DNA of 64,000 nucleotides, from the NCBI RefSeq assembly GCF_009914755.1, contig NC_060928.1. One strand, 5' to 3'. This DNA is from the human T2T-CHM13v2.0 reference genome, Homo sapiens. A program made the position numbers and the translations under genes. Within the stretch, counting starts at the first letter, position 1, and each line of letters opens with the position of its first letter. The notes beneath the pieces are model-generated. The model was not told where the DNA came from, ran no database searches, and saw nothing but the letters and a program-made list of their open reading frames with translations. This document shows positions 46,912-63,522 of this stretch, piece by piece.

Positions 46912-47943
46912 TCAGTCAAGCCTCCACCCAGGAACCTAGGTGAAAAGTCTACAAGTGTCTGAGCCTTGTCATAACCTTCTTCACTCTCTAGCCATTCCCA
47001 GATCATTCCCAGTTTCCATGCCCCGGGGCAGAGGTCCTCTCAGATGCCTTTGAGCTCTCCAAGGACCTCACCCATACGCCTCTGATGGTGCTGTCATGAT
47101 CTTGGGGCATCCCAGAAAACTGCCTGCCTGCCTGCCTCACCTTCCCCTACCTGGCTGCAAGCTCATTCCATGCAGGGACCACTGCCTTTGCAAGCCGGCT
47201 TAGCTTCGTAAGTGCAGCAACACCTATGTGGGATCTGGCATGTGGCGGCCCTCCAGAAATGTCCAACAAAAAAATAACTCAATCGGTCTAGCGCGTTTCC
47301 TTCTTTGAAACGGGATGAAGCTGAGCAAGAGAGGGAAGGAGACTTGCCTGGGGCCACAGAGAGAAAATTAGTGACAGAAGCAGACCAGCTAGGATCTGTG
47401 CCTCTCCAACTGTGAGAACAGGCACCAAGTCAGGCTGTAGGTACAGAAGGCCAAGGCAGAGAAGGACAGGCCCATCCTGAGGCGTCAAAGACTGAGAACA
47501 CGTTTCTCTGCTCATGTACTGACATCCTGCTATGTGCCAGGGTCCAGACACTCCAGAGGAAGGTCATATTATCCTCCTCTTAAAAGAGTGTATGGCTCAG
47601 AGAGGTTAATGAACTCATCTAAGACCACTCAGCTGGCAAGAAGAGAATCTAGTAATAAGAACCACTAGATGAACAGATCTCAATAGCAGCTTGGTCTTAA
47701 AGGTAACACCATCCAGACGTTCTACACGTTTTATCGTGCACCTGATCCAAACACAACACTAAACAGATCCTTGGGAGCCCCATCCCGCCCCCACGCTGAG
47801 GGTAGTAAGCTGCGCTTAAACAAGGCCCAATCAAATACCACCTGTTCCCCCAAAACTATTGAAATAAAAAAGAGTAAAACAAGGTCCAGGAAAATTCTGT
47901 CTGGTCAGGTAGGGGCTTCATTTTCTTTTTAATAATAAAAGTA

Positions 47944-48280
<337 letters not shown>

Positions 48281-48380
48281 TTACCAACTCTCTGAGTAAC
48301 CACGGCAAATGTTTTAGGTGCTGTCCTAGCCTAAGTTGCAGATCAGATCCAGATGTGCACATCGAATTATACAGTTATAA

Positions 48381-48698
<318 letters not shown>

Positions 48699-49164
48699 CA
48701 TATCCTAACAGTTTCAAACTTAGTAGAACATGGTAATTCCCATGCTGTTGCATGGTGTTTCTCAGAACCATTTTAATGACCATGTTGTATTTCACTGATT
48801 ATATGGGTTCATTAACAATACTGAGGGTTCCTCCCAGTTTTTGGCTATTATAGATGCACTGGCAGGAACATGCCTGTCCACAGAATCCTTCCACATACAG
48901 AATTATCTACTTAGGATGAGTTTCCAGGAGTGAAACTCTGGCACTGAGGAATTTGAACGTTTCTGTTTTTCCAGTGTGTTCTCTCATTGTGAAATAGGAA
49001 GGCAATGCCACATAGGAAAGCGGGAGGGAGAGGTGGGTCCTGTTCCTTTTAGTAGCATGAATGCGACAGTGGGCATCTCCCCTCTGGCCCACCTCTCACA
49101 GCGTCCTGCCGGCCTGGACTTTTTCTGAGCACACAGACTTTTCCTGATCAAAAATCACACTGAC

Positions 49165-49213
49165 CTCTTAAAGCTGCCGTCATCTCAGACTTGACGTCCA
49201 GGTGGTGGCTTGT
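49165..49213 (-). CDS. C4orf50: C4orf50 coding exon (49 nt, phase 0-1): TSHHLDVKSEMTAALR + 1 nt
   Basis: Acceptor tcttttcttgcag|ACA, donor AGAG|gtcagt; the phase-1 end is completed by the next exon. Confidence 0.88.
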
Positions 49214-52200
49214 CTGCAAGAAAAGACATCTTGGCGGTTATTCTGCATGGCACTGGAGGGACAGCCTTGCACAGAGGACTGCAATTGGACCAAGCAGGGC
49301 CATCACCCCTCCCCGAAAAAAACCGCATTCTGTGTAGGACCAACCCTGCCTGTGTGCATGAAGACCTCCCTCCTCTTCTCTCCAGGACGCTCAAAGGAAA
49401 ACAGGAATTGGTTTTGCTCTTAGGAAACATGGGCACAAAAAAACGATTCCATTTCCTTTTCTCAAATTAAATCTCCAAATGGAGACAGTAATAAAAGTGC
49501 TTTAGAAACTGCTATTAAAAAACATTTTAATGAGGACATCCAGTGCTCTGATGTCTCCCCTGGGGCCCCTGATTCAATCACCCAGGAATTCAGGTCAGGC
49601 TTGAATCTGAGTGCACCACCTGCACCACCGCACAGACCAGTGTCCTCCTGGTTCTGCATTGCACAGGGCAGGTGAGAAGTGAGATGGCAATGATCACTCA
49701 ACTGGTTGGCCGACGGCCCCCAAGTGGTTGAGCAAGAGCAACTGCTGGATCTTCGAGGCAGGTTAGAGTTGTTTCCAGACTGGCAGCCTGGATCTCACTT
49801 CCTCTTGGGTGTTTCTGATGGGGCAGGGTCCTGTGTGCAGTGCTGCTGTGATAACTCTTTCCTGTCTCCACTTCCAACATCCTGGTCATGCTCTTCCTCC
49901 AGGTATAGGAGGCCATCTCCCTGTCTGAAAGGGCTCTGCTCTCTCTCTGTCTCTGGTGAACTTCTACGTAGATGTCAAGGCCCAATTCAAATGTTGCCTC
50001 CTCTGTGAAGTCTTCCCTGACTCCACCTGGCAGAGTTCAGCCACTTGCCTCTCGCACAGCGCCTTCTCTGCTGCAGTGACACCTGGGGTCTATGAGGGTC
50101 CCCTCTAACCTGGATTGACTGGTGGAGGGCTTAATACTCTGCGGCATGGGTTATGGCTCAGCCGTCTTCTGGTAGTGACCGGATCACACCAGCACTCCTG
50201 GGAGGCTTCGGTACCACGCACAATGCCTGCTCCTGAACGGTGCTCTTAGAGCACTTTGCTGTCACCCTTTCGACACTGTTGTGTCTTCAAGTACCCTGGA
50301 CTCTCCCACCCCGGTGCCTGTGTCCACTCAGGTCCCGCAGCCTTGAGACCTTCACTCTATCCTTCCAGCTGTTAAATCCTGCTTTCTGTCCTTCAAGGCC
50401 TGGTCTGAGTGCTTCCTACTCCAGAAAGCATATCCTCCAATCCGTCACTCTCTCCTCTCTGCTTATTTCCAGTGCTTTGAATGAATGCCCTTTATTGCCC
50501 CTGGGTTTAGAGTCAGGTGTCTCCTCATTAGATAGAGGCTCCTTCAACGCGAGACTGGGGTTTTGTTCGCCTTCGTAGAGGATACACCGACAGAGTAGCC
50601 TCAAGCGCACTCAACTGACTTCTGGGTGGCCCTGCATTCGGTATGTGGTTGGGGTGCAAGGACCCTTGTCTGCTTCCAGCTCCTCCACTACCACATTGGT
50701 CTGGAGTGGCTGCAGAGCCAGGCTTTCTCAAGTTGAGTCCTGCCTCTGCCACTCACTGATTCCATGATCCTGGCCAAGTCCGTTGAATTCTCTGAGCCTC
50801 ACCCTCTCCATCTGCGGAACAGAAATACGGTACCAATATGTTCTTTGTAGGGATCCACCAGAATGAGATGAGAAGGAACGTCCACTAAATGCCAGTGATA
50901 CCGAGTAGGGGACAGATGAAGACTTGTGCTACACTCTCCCGAGCCCTGCCTCTCTCCCCACGAAAACTTTTAGGGGAATATTCTAAGTTTCATAAAAGGC
51001 AGGAGTTAAAGAGAAAATAATTGCCTGGATCCTTGGAGGCCCAGGCTTAGGGATTGCTGATTTAATGAACTGGGGGAGTTCAGGGCTTTGAGGGATAATT
51101 CTTCAACCGTCTGAGTATGACCGCTCCTTTTTTAGACCAGATTCCATTTCCAAAAGCCCGCAACTAGATCTCATTGGCAAATACCCAGAGGAAAGCAGGA
51201 GGTGGCGGAGGAGGAAACAGCAGGGCGAGAGGAGGTAAAATGAGCATCTTCCTTACTAGGTCACCTACCTCTTTGCCCCGACTGGATGACTCTCCCCTGC
51301 TAGTATGCCCAAGGCCCCTGGCTGCTCCCAGGGGAGCAAAACTGATGTTTTGCTTGAAGGTGCCCCAAAAGCTGTTGGGTGCCTGTGTGTGACAGGTGCT
51401 GTGCCAGGCATTTGACATGGGGTCTTTAGTCTAATTCAAACCTCACAAAGCCCCATAGGGTACAGCAGCCCCCACCTGGCCTAAGATAACAGGTGGCTTA
51501 GGTACGTGAAGGGCAAGTGCCAAGTTCATGACATGGGTCATTATTTAGAATCAGGATGTCATCATCCGCAGGTGAATCTCCCAGGGAGAGGACAGGAAAC
51601 TACCCAGCTAGGAGCACAGGAAGCTCAGGAGTTCTCTGTTCTCTGACGGGACCTTCCATCTGTGGAGTGGACCCCAGGCCAGACCCTAGGGGTGGGCAGG
51701 AGAGCCAGCTGCCATCTTAGCCAGTGCTGTGTCCCAGGTGAGCCCCGGCAACCCTCTTCTCCTCTCCTTTGGTACCCGGGCCTCTGCCTCGAAGGTCTCA
51801 GGGACGGGGAAAGGGGACGATGTAACTGAATACAAACAGCAAAGGTGTCTCATTTCATGCTTGTGAATATCAACAGCGTAGGTCCAGGCAAAACACAGGA
51901 AAAAAAAAAAAAGGCCCACTGGGGCTAGGGGTCGGGGGGCATAGAGAGGAAGCAAAACAGGCCCAGGAAGGTGCCCTGAGCCCTGCTCACTCAAGGCGTC
52001 CAGGGGACAAGGCGGAATTAAGAACTCTAGAGAGGTTTTAGGAATCCGAGAACAGCCTTCCCTGAGGGACCATCTCCAGCTAACATCAGGGAGGCGGCAA
52101 GACCCGTGTTCCCAGCAGAAGGAAAAGTGACCTCTGCCATGCCAGGCTGACCTCGTGGGATTTCCCCATCCCCAAAACAGGCACCTGAGCTGGACAGAAT

Positions 52201-53706
52201 CAGCAGAGTAGGAGGAGGGAAGCCAGGGCGGATACAAGGGTGACCCATGGACGCTAGTGACCCGGATGGCACAACAGCAGATGCCAGCACAGACAGCGGT
52301 GCTGGGACCCGTGGCCCCCAGCCCAACACCACATGCCTGCAGAAAGGGCACTGGGGCCAAACCGACTCTGAGGCTCAATTTCCACCACGCACCCAAACCA
52401 GGACAAGAAAAGAAAATGGAAATACAAAGACTCAGTCACGTGCAGGGAGGGGAGGTGGTCACCGACTGCTGCTTGCATGGGCACCAGGCCACGCCACCTC
52501 CTCCTGAAAGGGTAGAGCTTAGTGGCCTCAGCCCGAGGCCCAGCCCCCACCCCCTCAACAGCCCTGGGACATGCTGAGGCTCAGGGTCCCCCGTGGAGCC
52601 TAGCAGCAGGATGCTGGGAGGGTGGAGTAAGCAGATCCATGGAGAGCGTGCGAGGGGGAGGGCAGCATGAGTCTTGGCCACCATGACTTGGCTGGATAAA
52701 TGAAGGCAGCCTGTCCAGTTGGGACCCTAGCCAGCCCACGCCCCCTACCCAAAGGCAGGGGCCAGAGAATGGGAGCGTCTCAGGACACTGTGAGCAACAG
52801 GAGCCCAGGGCCCTCCAGGGGTATTCCTGGAAGGTACATCAGCCCTCCACCGCCTGGCTGAAGTTCCCAGGACCTGTCCCTTGCTGCTCTGGCACTTCTC
52901 ACCTCCAGCCCATCAGAGTCTCCCCAGCCATCCTGGCAGTCCTCCTGGGCTCCTAGCCAGAGCCCAAAGGCCCCCATCGGGAATTCCATCTGTGTCCTCT
53001 GAATTGACTGCCCATCAAGCAAGCAGCACTGGACCCGCTTCCTGCCTGGCTACCAGTAGGAGGAGTGGCCAGCGCCACGCCCACCCTGCTGTCCACTAGG
53101 AATCAAGATGCAGACACCCTGCCGGGGCACAGGTGCCTGTGGCCTCCCATCAGCCCAGCCTCCCCCGACTCCTCCCCTGGGGACCACACTGCAGCCAGCC
53201 TGGAGCTCTCTGAATTTCTGAAACACATCACAATTTTTTTTTTTCACTTTCAAAAGGCCTGGCAGGGACATCCTGGTCCACGGAAGCATGTCCAGGCCCA
53301 GAAGCACATCCTTATAGGAAATGAATGAATCCGTCCGATGACATTATTAAAATAACTTTCCCTGCTCTCGTTCTGGGCTCTCAAGTGACAGATGAAGAAA
53401 TGACTGAAAAAATTTGATTTTCCAGATAACTCAACTATAGGGAGAGAATACGCTGACAATTTTTCATCCATTCATCAGATACTTCAACCTGTGTAATAGT
53501 TCTCTTTCTCATAGGATATTTAAAAATTAATAGTCCAGTGTATACATCATTCTCTGTAAGTTTGGTCATTGTAAGTCAGCCGATCCAACCCCAGTGAACA
53601 TTTCAATTCTAGTTCCAGGGCCTGTGAGAGTGAGGAGCAGCCCTTGGAAGGTGGGCTGCTGCTATGATGTCCCCACAGCAGCCAGCCAGCCGGCCTTCCA
53701 GGGTGA

Positions 53707-54054
<348 letters not shown>

Positions 54055-55167
54055 TGCTTTCAATTTTATCTCACTTAACCCCCAGATATCAGGCCCCTAG
54101 TGGATCCCAAGGACTATGCAGGCACTTGGACAAAATTCTGCTCTCTTTTCTCACCCTTATTCTAGTTCTGAAGGAGTCTTGTACCCCTTGGGCAAAGAGA
54201 AGAGCAACAGACTGGGAGTCTGGGGCTCTGGATTCAAGTTCTGCCTATGAATCGAGTCAAAAAATGGCCCTGAACATGCCTCTTGGCCTCCAAGCCTCCA
54301 TCTCTGCTGTGCAATGATTTGGACCAGAGGGGACCTCTCAAGGCTGTGAGGAAAAGGAAGGGTCAGAGGAGGTTGGCCTTGCAGAGACCAGGCTGGGCAG
54401 AGCTGCAGAGGGAGACTCAGACCTGGTGCCAAGGGGCTGAGAGCAAGCCCCACAGGCAGAGCCTGGAGGGACCATGGAAAACAGCCCCGGCTGTGTTTAC
54501 CGTGGGAGCTGGTCTCACCCGCGCACATAAGGAGCGGAGCTAGTCTGGCGGGGGCGTTGCTGGCTTGTCCCCAGGAACGGGGCTGCATGTATATGTGTGG
54601 GCAGGCACGGCTGGGCACCCGTGGGTGCTGACTGTAGTCAGGAGAGCTGGCATTTGTCCCTGTGTGCACTGCCTGTGTGACCCGGAGCACATCTCCTAAC
54701 CTCTCTGGCCTCAGCTTCCTCTTCTGTTGACCACTGGGAGAGGAGATTCTCATTCATTTGGTTCATTATTTCATTCATTCAACCAACATTCTTCCAGGTT
54801 TGTGGCAGATTCTCAGAGCCAGGCACTGGGAAGACAAAGATGGCTATGGAGCGGCTCTCGGCCCATCGGAGATGGGCCCACAAACTCCTGCAACAGCCAG
54901 GAGAGCTCCCTGCTCATGCCCCGTCACGCGGGGCCACGTGCAATGGAGCACAGGGGAAGCTGTGGCTAACTCTCTGGTCTGCGGGGCTCAGAGCAGGCTG
55001 CCTGGGCAAGGTCACACCTCTACCTTGAAGGATGGACAGGAGGTCATGGGGTGACCGAAGCAGCCTGCTAGAGGAAGTGGCCAGTGCACAGGTCCCGGCA
55101 CAAAAGACCCATCCTGTGACACACACCCAATGAAGCTTGTATGACGCTGAATTACAATCACTGTTTA

Positions 55168-55671
<504 letters not shown>

Positions 55672-56607
55672 TCAGCTGAGGCCCCTACTCACCATCCCCA
55701 GCCCTGCCTCAGCTCAGCGGAGCAGCCTCCTCCCTGCGAAGCCTCCCTGCCCCCAGAAGCCAGGCTGCTTTCGGAGCAGACGGCCACACACCCCCAGGGG
55801 CTCCGCACTGCCCTTTCCATGGGGTCTAGGCTCAAGGCAGCAGGGGTCAAGAGCGTGGATTTGGGCCCCACCACGGACCAGCTCTGTGAGCAAGCTCCCC
55901 TCTGCACCTCGACTTGCCCATCTGTACAATGGGGTTTGTCATGGACACCAGGATAAAAGGAGACGGCGCAGGCAGGCACCTACCGAGTGTCATGTTTCTA
56001 TCCTTATCTCACATTTCGATAGCACTTTATAAGGGATTATGGCCTCCATTTAAAGAAATGCTCCACAGCAAATGATGGTGATGAGAGCGGTGGGGAGGGA
56101 AGCCTCACACTGCCGGAGCCTCACAGTCCGCTCTGCACCTTTTCAGCTACCACGTCTGCAGGGGCGCGGCAGGAATTATGACGATTTTTATTTTACGGGC
56201 GCCAATCCAGGCTCAGACAGACACGGAAATGTGGGGTAGAAAATAACTTTAGGAACTGTCTGGCTCATGTTTCTGATTTGACGGCTGACGACACTGAGGC
56301 CCCAGAGGGAGGATGACTCTGCAGGTCAGCGGGAGTCCAGGGCATAACCAGGTTCTGCTGATGCCCAGCCCAGGGCACCTCCCTCTCCACTCTGCCCTGA
56401 GGCCAGAGAGAAAGAGCAGAGCCCCCAGCTTCTCCTCAGATCCAGGCCCATGTTCAAGATGAAATGTGTTACCTTGACCAAATTCTGTGTCCTGCTAGCA
56501 AAGAATATATTAAACCCCATGGGTGAGTAATGACATTTCTGGGAATTGATCTTAAACATAAATGTCTAGATACGTGGAGAAAACCTTTCTGAGAAAACCT
56601 GTACATT

Positions 56608-56913
<306 letters not shown>

Positions 56914-57226
56914 CTACATCACAGTGTTTGCACACAATTAATGATACAAAAGAGAGAGCGATAGAAAGGAAGAGGCTTGAGCACAGAGCGCAGGGGTTGT
57001 GATTTTATGGACCAAGGCCTCTCGCGCTTCACCCCAGCATGAAAAGTGCAGCCTCAAAGGCTGGGACCCACCTCCTACGTCACCCCATCGAGTGGGAACA
57101 GCAGGAGGCAAACGTATATGCATCGTAGGCTCTCAAACACATGGGAAACGTACTGGAGGAAAAGACATGGAAATGCCATGTGCAAGCAGGGGCTGCTGCT
57201 TTCTGTCTCCTTCATTCTTCTTTGCG

Positions 57227-57518
57227 GTTTTTTTGTTTTGTTTTGTTTTGTTTTGTTTTGAGTCAGGGTCTCACTCTGTTGCCCAAGCTGGAGAGCAGTG
57301 ACGTGATCTCGGCTCACTGCAGCCTTGACCTCCTGGGTTCAAGCAATCCTCCCCGCTCAGCCCTCCCAAGTAACTGGGACTATAGACGCATGCCATCACG
57401 CCTGTATGGGATTTGGCCATGTTGCCCAGGCCGGTCTCAAACTCCTGAGCTCAAGCAATCCACCCGCCTCAGCCTCCCAAAGTGCTGGGATTACAGGTGT
57501 GAGCCACCGTGCCTGGCC
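57227..57518 (-). mobile_element. AluJ with (TTTTG)n tail and deleted middle linker
   Basis: cactgcagccttgacctcctggg and aactcctgagctcaagcaatcc diagnostics. Confidence 0.9.
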
Positions 57519-57628
57519 CTACCCAGACTTTTATACAATAGAGGTGGATTACATGTCTAACAGGAAAACTACTAAACTCTCTTTTGTTTTGAAAGAGGCA
57601 TTTCATGTTGATTTTATGAACATATTAC

Positions 57629-57685
57629 CTTCAGGGGAGTCACTGCCAACTTTGCTTCATGTTGCTTTTTCTGAAGTTCTTCAAG
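57629..57685 (-). CDS. C4orf50: C4orf50 coding exon (57 nt, phase 0-0): LEELQKKQHEAKLAVTPLK
   Basis: Acceptor cttttatttcag|CTT, donor AAG|gtaata; within ORF 57614..57883. Confidence 0.9.
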
Positions 57686-57893
57686 CTGAAATAAAAGCGA
57701 CATTTTTGACAACACTGCACTGTCACTTACCACTGTCCAGAGCTTCCCCAGGCAAGCTGGGCTCAGAACAGCTGGCAGTTGCCTGCCCTCTTTACCCTCA
57801 TGGGGACTCAGTGCCAGGAACAGGGGCCTTTCCCACCACCTGCCTGGCAGGATCAGGGGAGGACAGATATTCTGAATACTCAAGAATCAGCTT

Positions 57894-58213
57894 GGCCGGG
57901 CGCAGTGACCCACGCCTGTAATCCCAGCACTTTGGGAGGCCGAGGTGGGCGGATCACGAGGTCAGGAGATCGAGACCATCCTGGCTAACACAGTGAAACC
58001 CCATCTCTACTAAAAAAAAAAATACAAAAAAAAAAATTAGCCAGGTGTGGTGGTGGGCACCTGTAGTCCCAGCTACTCAGGAGGCTGAGGCAGGAGAACG
58101 GCGTAAACCCAGGAGGCGGAGCTTGCAGTGAGCCGAGATTGCGCCACTGCGCTCCAGCCTGGGCGACAGAGCGAGGCTCTGTCTCGGAAAAAAAAAAAAA
58201 AAAAAAAAAAAAA
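57894..58213 (+). mobile_element. AluY
   Basis: gagatcgagaccatcctggctaacac, ggcgtaaacccaggaggcggagcttgcag; TSD aagaatcagct. Confidence 0.95.
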
Positions 58214-58554
58214 GAATCAGCTCTGCCCAGCTGCAGTGGCTGGGGCCAGCTCCAAGCCCTCTTCTGAGTCTCCAGGCAGCCTGGCAGTTTTCTGGTCTTG
58301 TGGTAAACATACAAGTTCCTGAGCCAGACAGCAGGGGTCCTAATCCCGGCTCAGCCAGTCGCTGGAACTGAGATCTTGTGCAAGACACTCTCTGCCTCAG
58401 TCTTCTCATCTGTGAAGGGGGCTCATAGGAGTGCCCACCCACTGGTGAGAACTGTAGTGAGGATTCAGTGAACCTATCCATGTAAAGTGCTTAGAACAAG
58501 CCCTGGCACCTGTCAGTGATCAATAAACTAATGTTACTATTAGGCGCAGATGAA

Positions 58555-58995
58555 AGCTGGACACAGATTCTTTGAGACTGCTCCCCATGGAGGGGGTTCC
58601 TATCACCTTCCCTCAGATCTGGGCTGGCCTGAGATGCCTTGACTCATAGAATGCAGTGGAAGTGGCCCTGAGGCCTTTGTGGGCCTGGCACTGAATAGGA
58701 CTGGCAGCTTCCACTTTGGGTCTCTTCTGTTTCTGAGCCAGGATTTAAGAATTCCAGGTGCCCTCTGGGGAGACCGTGAGACATGACAGAAAAAAGGGAA
58801 GGCACCAGCGGGAGCTGCCTTCCGCCACCCTGCAGAGGGGGCAGGATGTGAGTGAGGCCGCCGGGGACCCCCCAGCCGAGACTGGCATCCAGCCGGATGC
58901 CACTGAGTCATGCCCACTGATCCCCTGGAGGGCGGAACAGCCTAGCCGAGTCCTATCTGAATTCTGGACCCATAAGATACAACAAAACAGGTGTT
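58555..58995 (+). mobile_element. MLT1 MaLR LTR
   Basis: ttgactcatagaatgcagtggaagtg...ggactggcagcttccacttt...gaattctggacccataaga. Confidence 0.6.
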
Positions 58996-59559
58996 GTGTG
59001 AGTTCTTCTAACTCTCTCAGTCCCTTTGCAGTCAGTTAAAAAAATCAAATAAAAAGCCGCAAGCCTCTTCCTCACCCCCAAACTCTTCGGACCAACATAC
59101 CTATATGGATCAGAATGTGTGTATATGAAATTATACTGTGCAAAAGGTCTTGCATCTTGCTTCATAATTAAATAATATGCAAGATTTTAAAAGAATGAGA
59201 TCACTTTGTATGTGATACAAAAATTTTGATGGTATTTTCATATTAACACATAGAAACTGACCTCATTCTTTTAAAAGCTTGCATGTTATTTAATTACAAA
59301 GTCAAAACAAAATTGATTTAACCAGTTCCTTGTTTATGGAAATTTATCTTAGTTCTGTTTCTTTGTTTTACAAAGAAGATTTCAATGCATATTTCCATAT
59401 ATCTGTTTTGGCACAGCATTCCTAACGTATTCAAAGAGTAAAATTCCAGCCTTAAGCAGACTGTCTTACATTCAAAAAGCACTCAATCATATTTGCAGCC
59501 TTGGATTAAACCTTCTGTCTGCTTCAGTTTAGGAAATAACATAAATATGCCACAGTGAG

Positions 59560-61600
59560 ATAAGTATTGGGCATTTGCAATCAAAAAGTGAACAAGAAGA
59601 AATTAAAAAGATAACCTACAGAATTGGAGGAAATATTTGCAAATCATATATCTAATAAAGGACTTCTATCTAGAACATAAAAGGAACTCTCACAACTCAA
59701 CAAAAAGAGAGTCAATTAACCCTATTAGAAAAATGGGAAGAATCTGAATAAACTCTTCTTCAAATACGACATACAAATGACCCACAAGCACGTGAAAAGA
59801 TGTTCCACATTATTAGCCATCAGAAAATACAGCTCAAAACCAATGAGAGACAATCTCCCACTAACTAGGATGTCTATGATAGAAAAGACAGCTAGTAGCA
59901 AATGTTAGTGAGAATGAGAAGTTGGAACCTTCCTACACTGCTGGTGAGAACATAAAATGAAGTTATCAGAGACACTCTTCCTCTTTAAAGCAACTGCGAT
60001 AGAGATGTTCAGGAATTACATTACAAAAATTTCATCATAAAACTGAGAACTATAAAAAAAAGAATCATAGGGAAATTCTCCACCTGCAAAATAGACTAAC
60101 TGAAATTAAGAACTAAAGTGAGTTTAGGAGCAAATTAGATTCATCCAAAGAGTACTATTTAGCTGGAAGAGAGATTCAAAGGAAATATTGAAACTGAGCA
60201 GAAAGAAAAAAGAATGAAAATAATTTCAAATATACTTAAAGTCTAATTCATGTGTAACTGAAGTTTCCACACACACCCCCTCCCCACAGGCCAGTGACAG
60301 ATAAGAGAAAAAAGCAATACTAGCTCTTGTGTTGGTTGAAGACACGGTGAACGAGACACACTCATTTATTGTTGGTGGCATGGAAGTGGATACCACTACT
60401 TTGGAAAGCAATTTGTGATATATAGCTAAGAATCAACAATATTGCCACCTTTGGAGCCAGTAGTCCCAGCTCTCTGAACTGTTATATATAAACAGTTATG
60501 TGTAAGTTCATAGAAATGCTCTAGATGCAACAATTGGGGAATAGTTAAGGAAACCACATCCACCCAATAGATTACTACACAAACAATCATAGATTACCAC
60601 ACAGTCAAATAATCATATGTATGAGGACTATGCAGCCACATGGGCAAATGAACATAAAACTCTACATATAACATGCTTTGATCTTACAAAGAACACATGG
60701 GAGAAGAGCTGGAAATTATACCGTAATGCTGAGGCTGTATTTTTCATCCATTGACTTGTCCAACAATTGTAAAGTTGCTAACATTCAGGATAACGAGTTA
60801 TGGGCAAATGAGTAGACTTGTTTCTTCTTAGTGGGAGTATAAATGATGCTATCATTTTGGAGGGTTACTTGCCATTACCTATCACAGTTAATGATTTATA
60901 TATCCTTTCTTTTGCTAGAAATTTGCCATTTAGATATACAGCAGAAGTATATGCCGAGAGAGAAATAAAAATGTTCATTGGAGCTGTGTTTGTAATGCAA
61001 AGAAATGGAAACAACTTGAATTTCCACAAACAGAAAAATTGATTAAATAAGTTATGATTTGGCCTCATGATGACATAATACACACGATTTTAAAGGAATG
61101 AGTTCACTTTGCATGTGTTGATATGAAAATGCCACAAGATTCTTAATTAAATGACAAAATGAAGATGCAGCATGGTTTTGTACAGTATAATTTCAAACAT
61201 GTACACATACACACACATTCAGAAAGTGGGTGGTAGAGTTGAAAAAATATTGGAAGTCAGAAAATGTTAAGGTTGAGGAGAAGGAAAGCTTTTATATTTT
61301 AGATGATTAAGATTTGCAGACAGTTGTAAGAAATAATACAGAGCCCTCTTGTACATGTTTTTTAGAGACAGGGTCTTGCTCTGTCACCTGGGCTGGAGTG
61401 TACCTTGAACATTTTGCCCGGTTTCCCCCAGTGGGAATATTTTGCAAAACTATAGTGTCATGTCACAACCAGGAATTGAAATGGCCACAATTCACTGATC
61501 TTTTTCAGATCTCTCCAGTTTTAAACGTGTGTGTCTGCGTGTTAAGTCCCGTGCAATTCTGGTACCTGTATAGGTTTGCACCTGCACCACTGTATCATAG
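59560..61600. mobile_element. Mosaic of old L1 fragments (ORF2 3' part, L1ME 3' end, antisense L1MC 3' end ~61305-61590)
   Basis: acctacagaattggaggaaatatttgcaaatcatatatctaataaaggactt (ORF2-like); gcaaaactatagtgtcatgtcacaaccagg (antisense L1MC-like). Confidence 0.7.
61357..61401 (-). mobile_element. Very short Alu 3'-end fragment
   Basis: ttttttagagacagggtcttgctctgtcacctgggctggagtg. Confidence 0.75.
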
Positions 61601-61838
61601 TCACGCCTACTTCCCTCTGACAGAGGAAAGGCTTTGACTTTTATTTATATGACACTGTAAGCCTGCTTGACTTTTTAAAGAAACCACATATGTGCATTTT
61701 TTAAATTTAACAGGGAAGCAATCATAGAGCCTGTGGTTTTTTGTTGTTTTTTTTTTCCTGGTACTGCCTTATACTTTAAAAATCCAGTACCTGCTCCCAA
61801 CTGGCTGGGTCAAGAAGACCTCAGCAAATCTTTGTTCA

Positions 61839-62078
<240 letters not shown>

Positions 62079-63061
62079 TCACAGATTTGAATGAAATGTT
62101 TAGGTTATCCTTCAAGCAATTTGCCTTAGCCAACAAACGGTACCCGTTTCCCCACTCCGTAGTTTTTTTTTTTGTTGTTGTTGTTTTCCTGCTTATATTT
62201 CTCTTACAGTAAGTTTTAGAAGATAAGGTAGCAGAAATCACTCCCAATCTGATTATCCTGTAGAATCTTTATTATCCATAGATTTTCTGCAGATTTCCTG
62301 CTAAGTCCCTAGACACGTGCATGTATAGGAGTGGGTGGTTCTGCTTGGTTTCCGGAGGTGGGTGTTGGGGAGGGCCTGGAGAGTCCCAGAATAACAGCCT
62401 GGAATATTAGCTTCAAAAATATGTGCAGTGGGGTGGCATTCCAGAATCTGCTGTAATAGATGCCAGTCACTGTTATACTGAAACAGTGTGATGAGTGAAA
62501 TTGAATGTTCCAATCAAATTATGAGATGCCTATTATGCTAAAGCATAATATATTTATATGAAACAGAAGATACTGTGTCTCCCACAGGCACTTTTCTTAA
62601 ATGAATACACAATTGCCTGTCACTCTTCTTGGATCTAACATGAGATTAGCGGGTTTCATTCAGATGCCAAAGGGAATTTCTGGGAGGAAGGACAGTGAGA
62701 GGGAACAGGCTGGCTTTGCATTGTGGGAAGTGTGGCAAAATGGGAGAGGTGCTACTGCCCCCAAATGGTTTTGAAGTCTAAATTCTTATTTTTTTAAATA
62801 ACTCACATACATATATACACACAAGCACACATAAACATACATACTAACACAGATTTTCTATATAAAATTTAAAATATGATATATTTGTTTTCTGCTTTTC
62901 TCCCTTAACACCGTGTTCTGGGCGTTTTTCCATATTACCAAATAATGTTGAAAATGCTGTTATTAGTATATACGCAGCCTCCTGTGGCCGTGCTGAACAC
63001 TCGGATTATTCTAACATCTTGCTGTTATAATTGGAACTGTGACAAAGGCCCTTGTACATAA

Positions 63062-63522
<461 letters not shown>

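Noticed and set aside
51686-52396. 236-aa minus-strand ORF in a C4orf50 intron
   Set aside because: Not needed for frame continuity (the 55411 donor joins the 49213 acceptor in frame); crosses an A-run; no protein-like composition
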